Source: an uncultured Capnocytophaga sp. (GTDB lineage Bacteria; Bacteroidota; Bacteroidia; Flavobacteriales; Flavobacteriaceae). Taken from it: 64,000 nucleotides of DNA. The position numbers and the translations under genes are program-made. The stretch lies in NCBI RefSeq assembly GCF_937936315.1, contig NZ_CALGWU010000023.1, forward strand, positions 53,857-117,856, given 5' to 3'. The number at the start of each line of letters is the position of its first letter. The stretch's first letter is position 1. The notes under the pieces were generated by a model that worked only from the letters and a program-made list of their open reading frames with translations, had not been told where the DNA came from and made no database searches. Below are positions 19,735-29,917 of this stretch, piece after piece.

Positions 19735-20709
19735 CTATTTGCCAAGAAGGTATGCAAAAATGAGTGGTGCTACAATAGTAGCATCTGATTCTACTATGAA
19801 TTTAGGGGTGTCGATATCTAATTTTCCCCAAGTAATTTTTTCGTTAGGTACTGCTCCTGAGTATGAACCATAGCTAGTGGTTGAGTCAGAAATCTGGCAG
19901 AAATACGACCAGAAAGGTACATCTTCCCATTCTAAATCCTGATACATCATAGGTACTACACAAATAGGGAAATCACCAGCTATACCACCACCTATCTGGA
20001 AGAAACCTACTCCTTTACCACCTGAATTGGCTCGATACCACTCAGTAAGGTAAATCATATACTCAATACCAGTTTTTACAGTAGAAGCCTTTAGATTTCC
20101 TTTGATTACATTGGCGGCAAAAATGTTACCAGTAGTTGAGTCTTCCCAACCTGGGCAAACGATAGGTAAATTCTTTTCGGCAGCTGCTAATATCCAAGAA
20201 TTTTTAGGGTCAATTTCATAATATTGCTCTAATACACCTGATTTTACTACTTGGTATAAAAATTCGTGAGGGAAATAGCGTTCACCTTTACTTTCGGCTG
20301 CGTGCCATACATCTTCCAAGTGTTTTTGTAAACGACGAAAAGCTTCTTCCTCAGGAATACAAGTGTCCGTTACACGGTTGTAATGTCCATCAAGGAGCTC
20401 TCTTTCTTGTTCAGGAGTGAGGTCGCGATAGTGTGGTACACGTTTGTAGTGAGAGTGTGCAACAAGGTTCATTACATCCTCTTCAAGGTTAGCCCCTGTA
20501 CACGAGATGATATCTACTTTGCCTGCACGAATCATCTCAGCAAGTGAAATTCCTAATTCTGCCGTACTCATTGCTCCAGCAAGTGCCACGAGCATTTTTC
20601 CGCCTTCAGTAATATGGGTTTCATACCCTTTAGCAGCATCTACTAAAGCTGCTGCATTGAAGTGTAAAAAGTTTTTCTCAATGAATTGAGAAATAGGTCC
20701 TTTACTCAT
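19735..20709 (-). CDS. Deoxyhypusine synthase-like protein (homospermidine synthase-like)
   Basis: Whole-length similarity to the DHS family (for example GAMSTAELG...DIISCTGANLEED). Confidence 0.75.
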   Translation of the reverse strand: MSKGPISQFIEKNFLHFNAAALVDAAKGYETHITEGGKMLVALAGAMSTAELGISLAEMIRAGKVDIISCTGANLEEDVMNLVAHSHYKRVPHYRDLTPEQERELLDGHYNRVTDTCIPEEEAFRRLQKHLEDVWHAAESKGERYFPHEFLYQVVKSGVLEQYYEIDPKNSWILAAAEKNLPIVCPGWEDSTTGNIFAANVIKGNLKASTVKTGIEYMIYLTEWYRANSGGKGVGFFQIGGGIAGDFPICVVPMMYQDLEWEDVPFWSYFCQISDSTTSYGSYSGAVPNEKITWGKLDIDTPKFIVESDATIVAPLIFAYLLGK

Positions 20710-20802
20710 TTTTGATTAGTTTAAAAATCTAAATTATTCGGCAAAGATATAAATAATCTATCAATTTAGCAAATTAATATTTTGTATATCAAAAATATTT
20801 CG

Positions 20803-20810
20803 TACCTTTG
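20803..20810 (+). promoter_or_regulatory. rho promoter -7 box TACCTTTG, with TTTG at -33
   Basis: TTTG at 20781-20784 sits 19 nt upstream of the TAnnTTTG. The leader to the rho ATG is about 120 nt. Confidence 0.5.
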
Positions 20811-20931
20811 CCCCGTTTTCAGTACCTCTACAAAATTCTATTCAATAATATCTTAATTTAAAAAGAGGAAAAAAACACTATCTTATTCTACTGAAAAAAA
20901 TCATTTACTTTATTAACAACTATTTTATAAA

Positions 20932-22581
20932 ATGTCTAACATTACAGATTTAAAATCTAAAAAGCTACCTGAATTACAGGAAATAGCAAAGGGGCTAAAT
21001 GTGCCTAAGTATCGTTACTTAAACAAGCCCGAACTTATCAATCAAATTATTGATTTTCAAGAAAAACAAACCAATCAAACTCCTCAAGAACTTCCTAAAA
21101 AAACTGCTGCTATAACAGCTAAAAACACTAACTCACCATCTAAAAAAGAACGAAAGAAAAAAATAGATGCCCCTCAAAAAGTAGGAAGCTCTAAACAAGA
21201 AAATCTACTTAAAAATACAATAAATAAAGAAACTACGGAAGACAATAAAGTAGAGATAAAAACAGATACTAAACCTAATTTTCAACGAAAAAATAATACT
21301 CCTACACCTCCTTCTACTAACAATAATCAATCTAAAACACCTCCCCCTTCAAATAATAACAATAATGGTAATATTGCAAACAATAGCAGTAATAACTATG
21401 TGAATATCAATAATGAAAACTTTGATAAGGAGAAAAAAAATCGTTATAGAGCTCCTGATTTTGAGTTTGATAGTATTGTAGATTGTGAAGGTGTTTTGGA
21501 TATTACCCCAGAAGGCTACGGTTTCTTGCGCTCTTCTGATTATAACTACTTGGCTTCTCCTGATGATATCTATGTATCAGCTTCTCAAATCCGTTTGTTT
21601 GGTTTGCAAACAGGAGATACAGTTCACGGAGAAGTCCGTCCACCTAAAGATGGTGAAAAATATTATCCACTTCTTAAAGTGATTAAAATTAATGGTTTAG
21701 ACCCTCAAGTAGTGCGTGATCGCGTACTTTTTGAACACCTCACTCCACTTTTTCCTACCGAAAAATTTGAATTAGCAGGTAAAGGAGCAACGATTTCTAC
21801 ACGTCTTATCGATCTTTTTGCACCTATAGGAAAAGGACAACGTGGAATGATTGTAGCACAACCTAAAACAGGGAAAACAATGTTGTTGAAAGATATTGCT
21901 AATGCTATCAGTAAAAATCACCCTGAAGTATATTTGATGGTGCTTCTCATTGATGAACGCCCAGAGGAAGTAACCGATATGCAACGAAGTGTACGTGGTG
22001 AAATTATTTCATCTACTTTTGATAAAGAGGCTTCTGAACACGTAAAAATAGCCAATATAGTCCTTGAAAAAGCTAAACGATTAGTAGAATGTGGTCACGA
22101 TGTGGTAATTTTGTTAGATTCTATCACACGTTTGGCTCGTGCATACAACACGGTGCAACCTGCTTCTGGTAAAGTGCTTACAGGTGGGGTAGATGCCAAT
22201 GCACTTCACAAACCTAAACGTTTCTTTGGGGCTGCTCGCAATATAGAAAATGGTGGTTCTCTTTCTATCATAGCTACCGCACTTACTGAAACAGGATCTA
22301 AAATGGATGAGGTGATTTTTGAAGAATTTAAAGGAACTGGTAATATGGAGTTACAGTTAGACCGCCGTATTGCGAACCGCCGTGTCTTCCCTGCTATAGA
22401 TCTAATGGCATCATCTACTCGTCGTGACGATTTGCTTTTAGAGGAAAATACACTCAATCGCATCTGGGTATTGCGCAAATATTTAGCTGATATGAACCCT
22501 ATAGAAGCAATGGAGTTTATGGAAAAACAAATCAAACAAACTCGAAATAACGAAGAATTTTTAGCGACAATGAATAACTAA
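20932..22581 (+). CDS. rho: Transcription termination factor Rho with a roughly 170-aa N/T/P/K-rich insertion in the N-terminal domain
   Basis: Rho N-terminal helix bundle, then a low-complexity insert ([32 protein letters not shown]), then the CSD-like RNA-binding domain, Walker A (QPKTGKT), and Q- and R-loops. Confidence 0.92.
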   Translation: MSNITDLKSKKLPELQEIAKGLNVPKYRYLNKPELINQIIDFQEKQTNQTPQELPKKTAAITAKNTNSPSKKERKKKIDAPQKVGSSKQENLLKNTINKETTEDNKVEIKTDTKPNFQRKNNTPTPPSTNNNQSKTPPPSNNNNNGNIANNSSNNYVNINNENFDKEKKNRYRAPDFEFDSIVDCEGVLDITPEGYGFLRSSDYNYLASPDDIYVSASQIRLFGLQTGDTVHGEVRPPKDGEKYYPLLKVIKINGLDPQVVRDRVLFEHLTPLFPTEKFELAGKGATISTRLIDLFAPIGKGQRGMIVAQPKTGKTMLLKDIANAISKNHPEVYLMVLLIDERPEEVTDMQRSVRGEIISSTFDKEASEHVKIANIVLEKAKRLVECGHDVVILLDSITRLARAYNTVQPASGKVLTGGVDANALHKPKRFFGAARNIENGGSLSIIATALTETGSKMDEVIFEEFKGTGNMELQLDRRIANRRVFPAIDLMASSTRRDDLLLEENTLNRIWVLRKYLADMNPIEAMEFMEKQIKQTRNNEEFLATMNN

Positions 22582-22691
22582 TCATTTAAAAGTTGTTTTT
22601 TGTATTTCTTGTAAAACAATAAGTTATAAAATAAGTTAAAAAAACATCGCAATTTTTTGTCTTAAAAATTTGCAAGTAATAAAAATAGTTG

Positions 22692-22699
22692 TACCTTTG
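22692..22699 (+). promoter_or_regulatory. -7 box TACCTTTG for tRNA-Ser(TGA)
   Basis: TAnnTTTG lies 40 nt upstream of the tRNA. Confidence 0.5.
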
Positions 22700-22738
22700 C
22701 ACCCGCATAATTGAAATGACAATAGCAGTTGTGTAATT

Positions 22739-22823
22739 GGAGAGATGGCAGAGCGGTCGAATGCGGCGGTCTTGAAAACCGTTGAGGGTAACACCTCCGG
22801 GGGTTCGAATCCCTCTCTCTCCG
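22739..22823 (+). tRNA. tRNA-Ser (anticodon TGA)
   Basis: GGAGAGA acceptor, long variable arm, anticodon loop CTTGAAA, T-loop GGTTCGAATCC. Confidence 0.85.
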
Positions 22824-22824
22824 C

Positions 22825-22870
22825 AAAAAAATCCATTATAACAAAATAAAGTGTTATAATGGATTTTTTT
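22825..22870. terminator. Bidirectional rho-independent terminator (18-bp perfect stem)
   Basis: AAAAAAATCCATTATAAC-N10-GTTATAATGGATTTTTTT. T/A runs on both sides. Confidence 0.75.
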
Positions 22871-22888
22871 ATTATTATCAATTGATGA

Positions 22889-23656
22889 TTAGCGATTTTT
22901 TAATTCAAATTCTAATATATTATACATATTCTCAAGTTGATATACTACTTTTTCATTTAAAACTATATCTGATAATAATAATTTTTCTACAGCTTCATAA
23001 AAAATTTTTAATGTTTTACTGTTGTTAAGCCATTCTGTAATTTGTATATTCAGTTCTCTATGTTCGTCTTTAAAATAGGTATGATGATACTCTATTCCTC
23101 TAGCTTGTAAGCTATACATAAAAATTTCTTCAAAATAACGAATTGCATTTATTTTATAAGCATTAGCTATCCAGCAGTCTAATAAAGGCTGAATGGGCAA
23201 TCCTGCTAATCCAAAACAAACTAACCAATCTTCAGCAGTGGTGATTTCGGAGTATCTTTCACTGAGAACTTCTTCAAAAAAAGTGAGAGAAAATCGCTTT
23301 AAAAAATCTATTTCAGGAGCTTTCCACAAATCAAGACGTTCAAAATGGCATTTAGAGAGCGAGAACCCCTCGTCTATATAAAATGTTTTGCCTTCGCAAA
23401 GAAATTCGAGCATACGTGGTAGAAAATAATGAACTTCTACGATAGCCTTATCTGTACTTACTAACATAGCTTCTATGTAGGTACTAATTTGTTGAAGTGA
23501 GAGTTCCCTAAGGGGAATACGGCATAAATCATCTATTTCAGTAGGAGTAATGCAATTACCACAATCACATACCGATAGATGTTTATCTATCGAATAAGTA
23601 GAAAAAAGCTGATAGGCTTCTTCTATATAAGGACTTAATTTGTTTGAATATTTCAT
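22889..23656 (-). CDS. Hypothetical protein (255 aa, Cys-containing, no recognised domain)
   Basis: ORF. Its start overlaps the upstream gene's stop (ATGA). Confidence 0.4.
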   Translation of the reverse strand: MKYSNKLSPYIEEAYQLFSTYSIDKHLSVCDCGNCITPTEIDDLCRIPLRELSLQQISTYIEAMLVSTDKAIVEVHYFLPRMLEFLCEGKTFYIDEGFSLSKCHFERLDLWKAPEIDFLKRFSLTFFEEVLSERYSEITTAEDWLVCFGLAGLPIQPLLDCWIANAYKINAIRYFEEIFMYSLQARGIEYHHTYFKDEHRELNIQITEWLNNSKTLKIFYEAVEKLLLSDIVLNEKVVYQLENMYNILEFELKNR

Positions 23657-24138
23657 CTTTTATAACTTAACCAAATAGCTGTACGCCCTCCTTTTCGATC
23701 ATAAAGAGCCTCAATTTCTCCCCATTCAAAAGAGTGATTATCGCCAATATGGGCTGTGATCCATTGTTTGTAATATTTTTCAGTTTTCAATTCGTATTCC
23801 TCACTCCAATCTTCCCACGAAGTCTGTCGTTCGTTCATCGCAAAACATAAACATTCTAGTTGCTCTCCTTTAAAACAAAGAGAAACATCAAAGAGTTTTC
23901 CTTCAAAAGAACAATTGTAAAAATATAGCCAATAGTATCCTGTACCTACCTCCCATATTTCATTATTTGGAAAATGTTCTCTAAGATTAGAAAAAGTTGT
24001 ATTAGTTGTGATGATTTCACTTTCTATGAGAAGGAAATCTCCATTATGAGTGTCTAAAAAAGAAGCTGTTTTTTTCATTTGATCTCTTGTTATCCAACCG
24101 CAAAGATATAATTTTTTGTTAATATTTTTTATAGCCAA
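23653..24138 (-). CDS. Hypothetical protein (161 aa)
   Basis: ORF translationally coupled to 22889-23656. Divergent from bshA. Confidence 0.4.
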   Translation of the reverse strand: MAIKNINKKLYLCGWITRDQMKKTASFLDTHNGDFLLIESEIITTNTTFSNLREHFPNNEIWEVGTGYYWLYFYNCSFEGKLFDVSLCFKGEQLECLCFAMNERQTSWEDWSEEYELKTEKYYKQWITAHIGDNHSFEWGEIEALYDRKGGRTAIWLSYKR

Positions 24139-24177
24139 CAGAAAAATAGTACTTTTGCCTATCTAATATATAAAAAA

Positions 24178-25302
24178 ATGAATATAGCCATAGTGTGTTA
24201 TCCTACCTTTGGAGGTAGTGGTGTTGTCGCTACCGAATTAGGGCTTGCTTTAGCCCGCAAAGGTCATCAAGTACACTTTATTACTTATAGTTATCCTGTG
24301 CGTTTAGACTTCTTGGAAATGAATATTCACTTTCACGAGGTACACGTAGAGGAATACCCCTTGTTTCATTATCAGCCTTACGAATTAGCTTTATCGAGCA
24401 AAATGGCTTATGTGGTAAAGACTTACAACATCGATATTTTGCACGTACATTATGCTATTCCGCACGCTTATGCAGGCTATATGGCAAAGCAAATGCTCAA
24501 ACGTGAAGGAATAGAAGTCCCTATGATTACCACTTTGCACGGCACTGATATTACTCTTGTAGGTAATCACCCTACTTATAAAGAAGCGGTAACGTTTAGC
24601 ATCAACGAATCGGATGTAGTAACTTCAGTTTCAGAGAGTTTGAAACGAGATACATTGCGCCTTTTTAATGTAGATAAAGATATAAAAGTTATTCCTAACT
24701 TTATTGGATTGCAAAAAATGGAGCGTGTTTCTCCTTGTAAACGAAGTGTAATGGCAAGTGCTGATGAACTTATCGTTACTCATATCAGCAACTTTAGGAA
24801 AGTGAAGCGTGTAGATGATGTAGTAAGGGTGTTCTATGGCATTCAGCAACAGCTTCCTGCTAAATTGATAATGGTAGGCGATGGACCAGAGCGTGAAATA
24901 GCCGACCAGCTATGTAAGGATTTAGGTATCAAGAAAAAGGTACTCTTCTTAGGAAATACATCTGATATAGACCGTATATTATGTTTTACAGATTTGTTTT
25001 TACTCCCCTCAGAATCCGAAAGTTTTGGACTTTCAGCCTTAGAGGCAATGGCTGCGGGAGTTCCTGTAGTGTCTAGTAACGCAGGAGGCTTATCGGAGGT
25101 AAATGAAGAAGGAGTATCAGGCTACTTATGCCCCATAGGAGATGTGCAAACAATGGCTGAAAAAGCTATTTATATTTTGAGTGACAAAGACCGCTTGGCA
25201 CAATTTAAACAGAATGCTCGAAAAGTAGCAGCTCGTTTTGATGAAGAGAAAATTATACCGATGTATGAAGCTCTTTACTACAATGCTATAAAAGAAAAAT
25301 AA
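24178..25302 (+). CDS. bshA: N-acetyl-alpha-D-glucosaminyl L-malate synthase (bacillithiol biosynthesis GT4 glycosyltransferase)
   Basis: Strong full-length similarity to BshA: YPxxGGSGVVATELG...HVHYAIPHA...TTLHGTDIT. TAcTTTTG box at 24150-24157. Confidence 0.8.
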   Translation: MNIAIVCYPTFGGSGVVATELGLALARKGHQVHFITYSYPVRLDFLEMNIHFHEVHVEEYPLFHYQPYELALSSKMAYVVKTYNIDILHVHYAIPHAYAGYMAKQMLKREGIEVPMITTLHGTDITLVGNHPTYKEAVTFSINESDVVTSVSESLKRDTLRLFNVDKDIKVIPNFIGLQKMERVSPCKRSVMASADELIVTHISNFRKVKRVDDVVRVFYGIQQQLPAKLIMVGDGPEREIADQLCKDLGIKKKVLFLGNTSDIDRILCFTDLFLLPSESESFGLSALEAMAAGVPVVSSNAGGLSEVNEEGVSGYLCPIGDVQTMAEKAIYILSDKDRLAQFKQNARKVAARFDEEKIIPMYEALYYNAIKEK

Positions 25303-25308
25303 AATATT

Positions 25309-26223
25309 ATGGCAACATACAAACGCCCCATAACCTTAGAAACCGCGCTCAAAGAAGTAACCGAGGAGCGCTTTTGTAAAGGACATCATTACAAAGATGT
25401 TGCCCTAACCGACGAGATGGTCGCACAAATTATACAAGTAAAATCGTTGGTTAATATGGGATTTATCAATACTGATATTACTGATGAAGCACTCCAGTAC
25501 TTGGCTACTTTGCCTAAGCTAAAACTTCTTTTCTTAGAGGACAACAAGCAAGTTACAGGCGAAGGCTTTAAGTACTTTGCCGATAAACCTATTGACCATA
25601 TCTCGCTGGACGGTTGCCCTGTAACTGATGAAATGCTAAAAATTGTATTGCAAGTACCGCGCCTGAAGTCTCTTTCGCTAAAGAGAACCCGAGTTACTTT
25701 TGAAGGACTTATGGCAGTAGCACATTATAATAAGGTGAGTTTCTACCTTGATAAACCTTTCACTGAGGAGCAGAAAAAAGCCTTTGAACAAGCCCAACGT
25801 ACGGCAGGCAAGAAGAAACCAGCGGCACCCCCTACCGATGATTTGCCCATCGTAAAGCAACTGCTTTTGGACTTCTTTGCGGCAATGACTGAGTGGGAGG
25901 CTTTTGCTGCCAAGAATGATGATACAGAAGAGGGTGAGCTTTTGGTACAAGAAAAATGTAAAGCCCTCTTCCAAAAGTATTGTACCGACAAGCGCAGGGC
26001 GGGCTATCGTCCTGAGGGAATTCATTTTTCACTAAACGAGGGAGGTACTTATAGAGCGCATCAAATCATTGATAGCGAGACCGTAACTAAAAATAAGATA
26101 TACCTCTATACCCAAAATGATCGTGATGATCAGTTTCGCTTTCTTATCATTAGAAAAGATGGTGAGTGGAAGATAGATGACTGTCAAAGGCACGATGGGG
26201 GGTGGACTAAATACGGATTATAA
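25309..26223 (+). CDS. RNI-like/F-box-type leucine-rich repeat protein with an unknown C-terminal domain
   Basis: Cys-containing LRRs of the LxxLxLxxCxxITD type (DGCPVTDEMLK...). No signal peptide. Starts 7 nt after bshA. Confidence 0.5.
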   Translation: MATYKRPITLETALKEVTEERFCKGHHYKDVALTDEMVAQIIQVKSLVNMGFINTDITDEALQYLATLPKLKLLFLEDNKQVTGEGFKYFADKPIDHISLDGCPVTDEMLKIVLQVPRLKSLSLKRTRVTFEGLMAVAHYNKVSFYLDKPFTEEQKKAFEQAQRTAGKKKPAAPPTDDLPIVKQLLLDFFAAMTEWEAFAAKNDDTEEGELLVQEKCKALFQKYCTDKRRAGYRPEGIHFSLNEGGTYRAHQIIDSETVTKNKIYLYTQNDRDDQFRFLIIRKDGEWKIDDCQRHDGGWTKYGL

Positions 26224-26280
26224 TAATGAAAACAAAAGACAAAAAACAAAAAACCTTATATAGCTTTATTGCGAGGAGTA

Positions 26281-26796
26281 ATGCCTACGGGGAAAAACAG
26301 AATCCCCAAAATGGCAGAGCTACAAGAATTACTCTCCTCAGAATTTGAAGGGGTACGCACTTATATCCAAAGCGGAAATATAGTGTTCTTATCTGACAAA
26401 ATACGTAATGAAATAGCCCCCAAAGTCTCCCAATTAATAAAAGAGCATATAGGTCCTGACCTACCAACTGTTGTAGTAACTAGAGAAGAGGTACAGGAAA
26501 TGCTTGATATGAATCCTTTTATAGGAGAAAATTATGATATAGCTCGGGTATTTTTTACGCTCACAAATAGTGTTTTAGCACCTGATTTAGTAGAAAAGTT
26601 GAAGAAAGAAACTTTTGATGGAGAAGAATTGGCTATAGTGGGTGATAAAATATATCTATATCTTCCTAAGGATGCTTCAAGGTCTAAATTGAATAACAAT
26701 TATGTGGAAAAGAGACTTAAAATAGTAGCTACAACGCGTAATTTTAATACTTTGAGCAAACTTATTACAATGGTTGATGAACTTACTAAAGAATGA
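26281..26796 (+). CDS. DUF1697 family protein
   Basis: MPTGKNRIPKMAELQELL...GVRTYIQSGNIVF is the DUF1697 N-terminal signature. Confidence 0.6.
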   Translation: MPTGKNRIPKMAELQELLSSEFEGVRTYIQSGNIVFLSDKIRNEIAPKVSQLIKEHIGPDLPTVVVTREEVQEMLDMNPFIGENYDIARVFFTLTNSVLAPDLVEKLKKETFDGEELAIVGDKIYLYLPKDASRSKLNNNYVEKRLKIVATTRNFNTLSKLITMVDELTKE

Positions 26797-27128
26797 AAAC
26801 AGCAAAACAACTTATAGAAGATGAACTTCAGAAAACAATTCATCAACTTAAAGAAGTTTCTCTTTTGCAAGAGGAGAAACAAGCACTTGTAAGCTATAAA
26901 AAGGAGTTAGAGCAATTATTGTTTCTCAAAAAACTTTCGGATACTTATCATTTGGAACCTAAAGAGATAGAGCATATTGTTGTATTGTCTCCGCCTCGTA
27001 CAGATTTTGCTAATTTTCGTATTGTAGATGATGCTGAAACAGAAGAAAAACAATGGTGGGAGGAGTTAAAGATAGAAAATGAACCTCTTTGGCTTTGTGA
27101 AGGAGATATTTTGATTAAGAAAAGATAA
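26793..27128 (+). CDS. Hypothetical protein (111 aa)
   Basis: ORF with a 4-nt overlap on the previous gene. Confidence 0.35.
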   Translation: MKTAKQLIEDELQKTIHQLKEVSLLQEEKQALVSYKKELEQLLFLKKLSDTYHLEPKEIEHIVVLSPPRTDFANFRIVDDAETEEKQWWEELKIENEPLWLCEGDILIKKR

Positions 27129-27146
27129 TTTAAAAATATAAATACA

Positions 27147-27872
27147 ATGAAGGATATATCCCAAATATTAAAAGCTGATATAAAAATAGAAGATGGTATT
27201 TTTTGCTGTATGAATGACCATTTTGTCAGTGGAGATAATCAAAAATATATGAAAATGTATGATTGGATGTCTTTCTTTTATGATTTTGGAGAAAAATGGA
27301 TAGGAAAACTCAAGTATGGAAATGGCATTGACCGCCTGCGTACGGAATTGATGAGCCGCTTGGAATGGAAGAATGCTATTTCGGTACTTTATGTTTCCAT
27401 AGGTACAGGGGCAGACTTGCGTTATCTACCGCAAGGGATTGATCTGAAAACAATAGACCTTGTAGGAGCTGATATTTCTATGGGAATGCTCAAAAGATGT
27501 AAGAAACAGTGGCAAAAGAAAACAAACCTTACCCTTGTGCAGTGTCCCGCTGAAGAGTTACCTTTTGCTGATAATATGTTTAATATTGTTTTTCACAATG
27601 GAGGAATTAATTTTTTCAACGATAAAGCCCTTGCTATGAGCGAAATGCTCCGAGTTGCCAAACCAGGAAGCAAGTTGCTTATCGCCGATGAGACAGCCGA
27701 CTTTGTGGAGACCCAATACAAGAAAAGCGTCTTTTCTAAATCCTATTTTGAAGGCAAAACGGTTGATTTGAACGCCATAGAACAATGTATCCCAACGTCA
27801 GTGGTTGAAAAGAAAACAGAATTATTCTGGAATAACAAGTTTTATGGAATCACTTTTAGAAAAAGCAACTAA
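27147..27872 (+). CDS. Class I SAM-dependent methyltransferase
   Basis: Motif I VLYVSIGTGADL and post-I VGADISMGML. Confidence 0.65.
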   Translation: MKDISQILKADIKIEDGIFCCMNDHFVSGDNQKYMKMYDWMSFFYDFGEKWIGKLKYGNGIDRLRTELMSRLEWKNAISVLYVSIGTGADLRYLPQGIDLKTIDLVGADISMGMLKRCKKQWQKKTNLTLVQCPAEELPFADNMFNIVFHNGGINFFNDKALAMSEMLRVAKPGSKLLIADETADFVETQYKKSVFSKSYFEGKTVDLNAIEQCIPTSVVEKKTELFWNNKFYGITFRKSN

Positions 27873-28316
27873 ATGAATGCCTTACAAAAACGATTAGCGC
27901 AAATAGGAACGAAACCTCACGAAAATAGCTTGTGTGATGGAATAGTATATGAAGACGCAGAAGACCAATGTTATTGGATTTATAACCACTATTCCTATTG
28001 TGAATGGCTCAAGCACTATATGATGCACTATGCAGGACTTAGCTGGGAAGAAGCTACTGAGAAATTAGCTCAAAATAACCTGTTTGCAACCCCACCTAAA
28101 GATCTTGAGAATTTATTTTGCATTACGCACGAGCTTACTTATCACAACGCAATGGAGATAGCCAAAGGAAATATGTATTGGCAGGATGGAACACCCTCTG
28201 ATACTAATGATTTTCAAGAAGAACACGACGTTTGGTATAAGCAAACCAAAGAAAAATATCACTTGAACGAAGAATACGAGACACTTAGTTTTGAAGAAAT
28301 ATTGAAATTAAACTAA
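27873..28316 (+). CDS. Hypothetical Cys/His-rich protein (147 aa)
   Basis: ORF directly abutting the methyltransferase stop. Confidence 0.35.
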   Translation: MNALQKRLAQIGTKPHENSLCDGIVYEDAEDQCYWIYNHYSYCEWLKHYMMHYAGLSWEEATEKLAQNNLFATPPKDLENLFCITHELTYHNAMEIAKGNMYWQDGTPSDTNDFQEEHDVWYKQTKEKYHLNEEYETLSFEEILKLN

Positions 28317-29249
28317 ATGAGTTACATTACCTTTAAGAGCAAGCTCATAGAGCAAAAAGTAAAGCAATATCTGAAAAAGAAACACGAAGACCTTCTTGTA
28401 AAAGAGGGAAGTAGGGTGTTGGTTAAAGAAGAAGGAGCACCTTTGGTTACCAAAATGCTCATTCATAACGATGATTTGCACTCGGAAGACTTAGCCGACT
28501 TGCAAATGTTCCCCAATATAAAGGAATTACAGTTGTTGTCGGACAATATAACCCACTTGGAAGCCTTGCCACCCTTGGAAAAGCTACAAAAACTCTATTT
28601 GAATGTCAAGGCAACGGATTATACGCCTCTCGTTAAATGCAAAAAACTTAAAAAAGTAGAGGTTTATGACAGTGGGGTGAGTGATATAGCCCCTTTTTGT
28701 GAACTTACGAAACTGAAAGAGTTAAAACTATCGTGCAATAAACTCATTTCTTTGGAGGGCATACAACGATTACAAAACCTTACCGAACTTTGGTTGGATA
28801 GAAACCAAATCACCGATATATCCCCTTTGGCGTGGTTGCCCAATCTTGAATATTTACAATTAGAGAGGAATCAAATCAGCGATTTATCTCCTCTGAGAGC
28901 CCTCAAAAAACTCACCACCTTGCGTTTATATCACAACGAGGTGAAAGATCTTTCTCCTTTGGAGCATTTACCTTTAGAGGAATTGGACTTAGAGCAAAAC
29001 AAGATAGAAGACCTTAGCGATTTGGTAGGTATAGAAACACTTAGAAATCTAAAGATATGTTTTAATCCTATAAAAGACGCTTCTCCTTTGCTAAAAATGC
29101 CTTATTTAGAGTTTGTTTGTACAGATGCTGACGATATCTACTTATCTTTAGAACGTTACCTTGGTAGAAGTGTAGTAAGAGAAGTATTTGGAGGACGATA
29201 CCCTAATTTTCAAGAAGTAGATACCTATATATTTAGTAAAAAAGAATGA
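28317..29249 (+). CDS. Internalin-like leucine-rich repeat protein (cytoplasmic, no signal peptide)
   Basis: Seven or more 22-residue repeats of the form LxxLxxLxLxxNxIxDISPL. Confidence 0.65.
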   Translation: MSYITFKSKLIEQKVKQYLKKKHEDLLVKEGSRVLVKEEGAPLVTKMLIHNDDLHSEDLADLQMFPNIKELQLLSDNITHLEALPPLEKLQKLYLNVKATDYTPLVKCKKLKKVEVYDSGVSDIAPFCELTKLKELKLSCNKLISLEGIQRLQNLTELWLDRNQITDISPLAWLPNLEYLQLERNQISDLSPLRALKKLTTLRLYHNEVKDLSPLEHLPLEELDLEQNKIEDLSDLVGIETLRNLKICFNPIKDASPLLKMPYLEFVCTDADDIYLSLERYLGRSVVREVFGGRYPNFQEVDTYIFSKKE

Positions 29250-29794
29250 AGAAAATGACCTTATTAGCCCCTTTGTTAGCCTTATTCTCTTGCAAAAGTT
29301 CCCCAGAAGAGCGAAAAGCCACCGAAGCCTTTCCCTTGCAATCCTTATTTACTTATGGGTATTGTGGAGAAAAGGATGGTTTTCAGTATTTCTTATTAGG
29401 CAACCAATGGGAGCGTAAAGTGTTCAAAATAAAAAGCTCAGAAATACACATTGATCCTCAATATGCTTTTTACGCTGATCCCTCTTTTGAGCCTAAAATA
29501 CCTATTACCCCCGTTGAACAAGAAAGAGTCTTTGCCGAAATCCCTACGAATGGACAAAAACTCTATTTGTATAAGGGAGATATCGTACTGCGTTATTTCC
29601 TTAGCTGTTCTGACCTACACAAACAGAATACAAACCACCCTACTTATCTCTATGATGAAATAAGTCAGCAGGATGCTGAGGCACACCAAGAAGAACGTGC
29701 CTATTATATAGGTTATTATAAAGACGAAAAACTCATTTGTTACCAAAAAATATATAGGGGAGAGGTGTTAATAGAGAAAGAAATAGAATATTAA
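29246..29794 (+). CDS. Hypothetical lipoprotein
   Basis: Signal peptide with lipobox LFSC. The start overlaps the previous gene. Confidence 0.5.
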   Translation: MKKMTLLAPLLALFSCKSSPEERKATEAFPLQSLFTYGYCGEKDGFQYFLLGNQWERKVFKIKSSEIHIDPQYAFYADPSFEPKIPITPVEQERVFAEIPTNGQKLYLYKGDIVLRYFLSCSDLHKQNTNHPTYLYDEISQQDAEAHQEERAYYIGYYKDEKLICYQKIYRGEVLIEKEIEY

Positions 29795-29872
29795 TATATT
29801 TATTATCAGTTAATTAATTTGATTTATTGCAAAAAAAAATGTATTTTATTTTGTTACTTCAAATAAATATAC

Positions 29873-29880
29873 TACTTTTG
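29873..29880 (+). promoter_or_regulatory. -7 box TACTTTTG for rpsF-rpsR-rplI
   Basis: TAnnTTTG with a TTTG 20 nt upstream. Confidence 0.5.
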
Positions 29881-29917
29881 CGCCCTGAATTAAAAATCAT
29901 TTAATCATTTTATTTTT

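Noticed and set aside
22636-22881. The 81-aa minus-strand ORF spanning tRNA-Ser(TGA).
   Set aside because: It overlaps the tRNA and the palindromic terminator.
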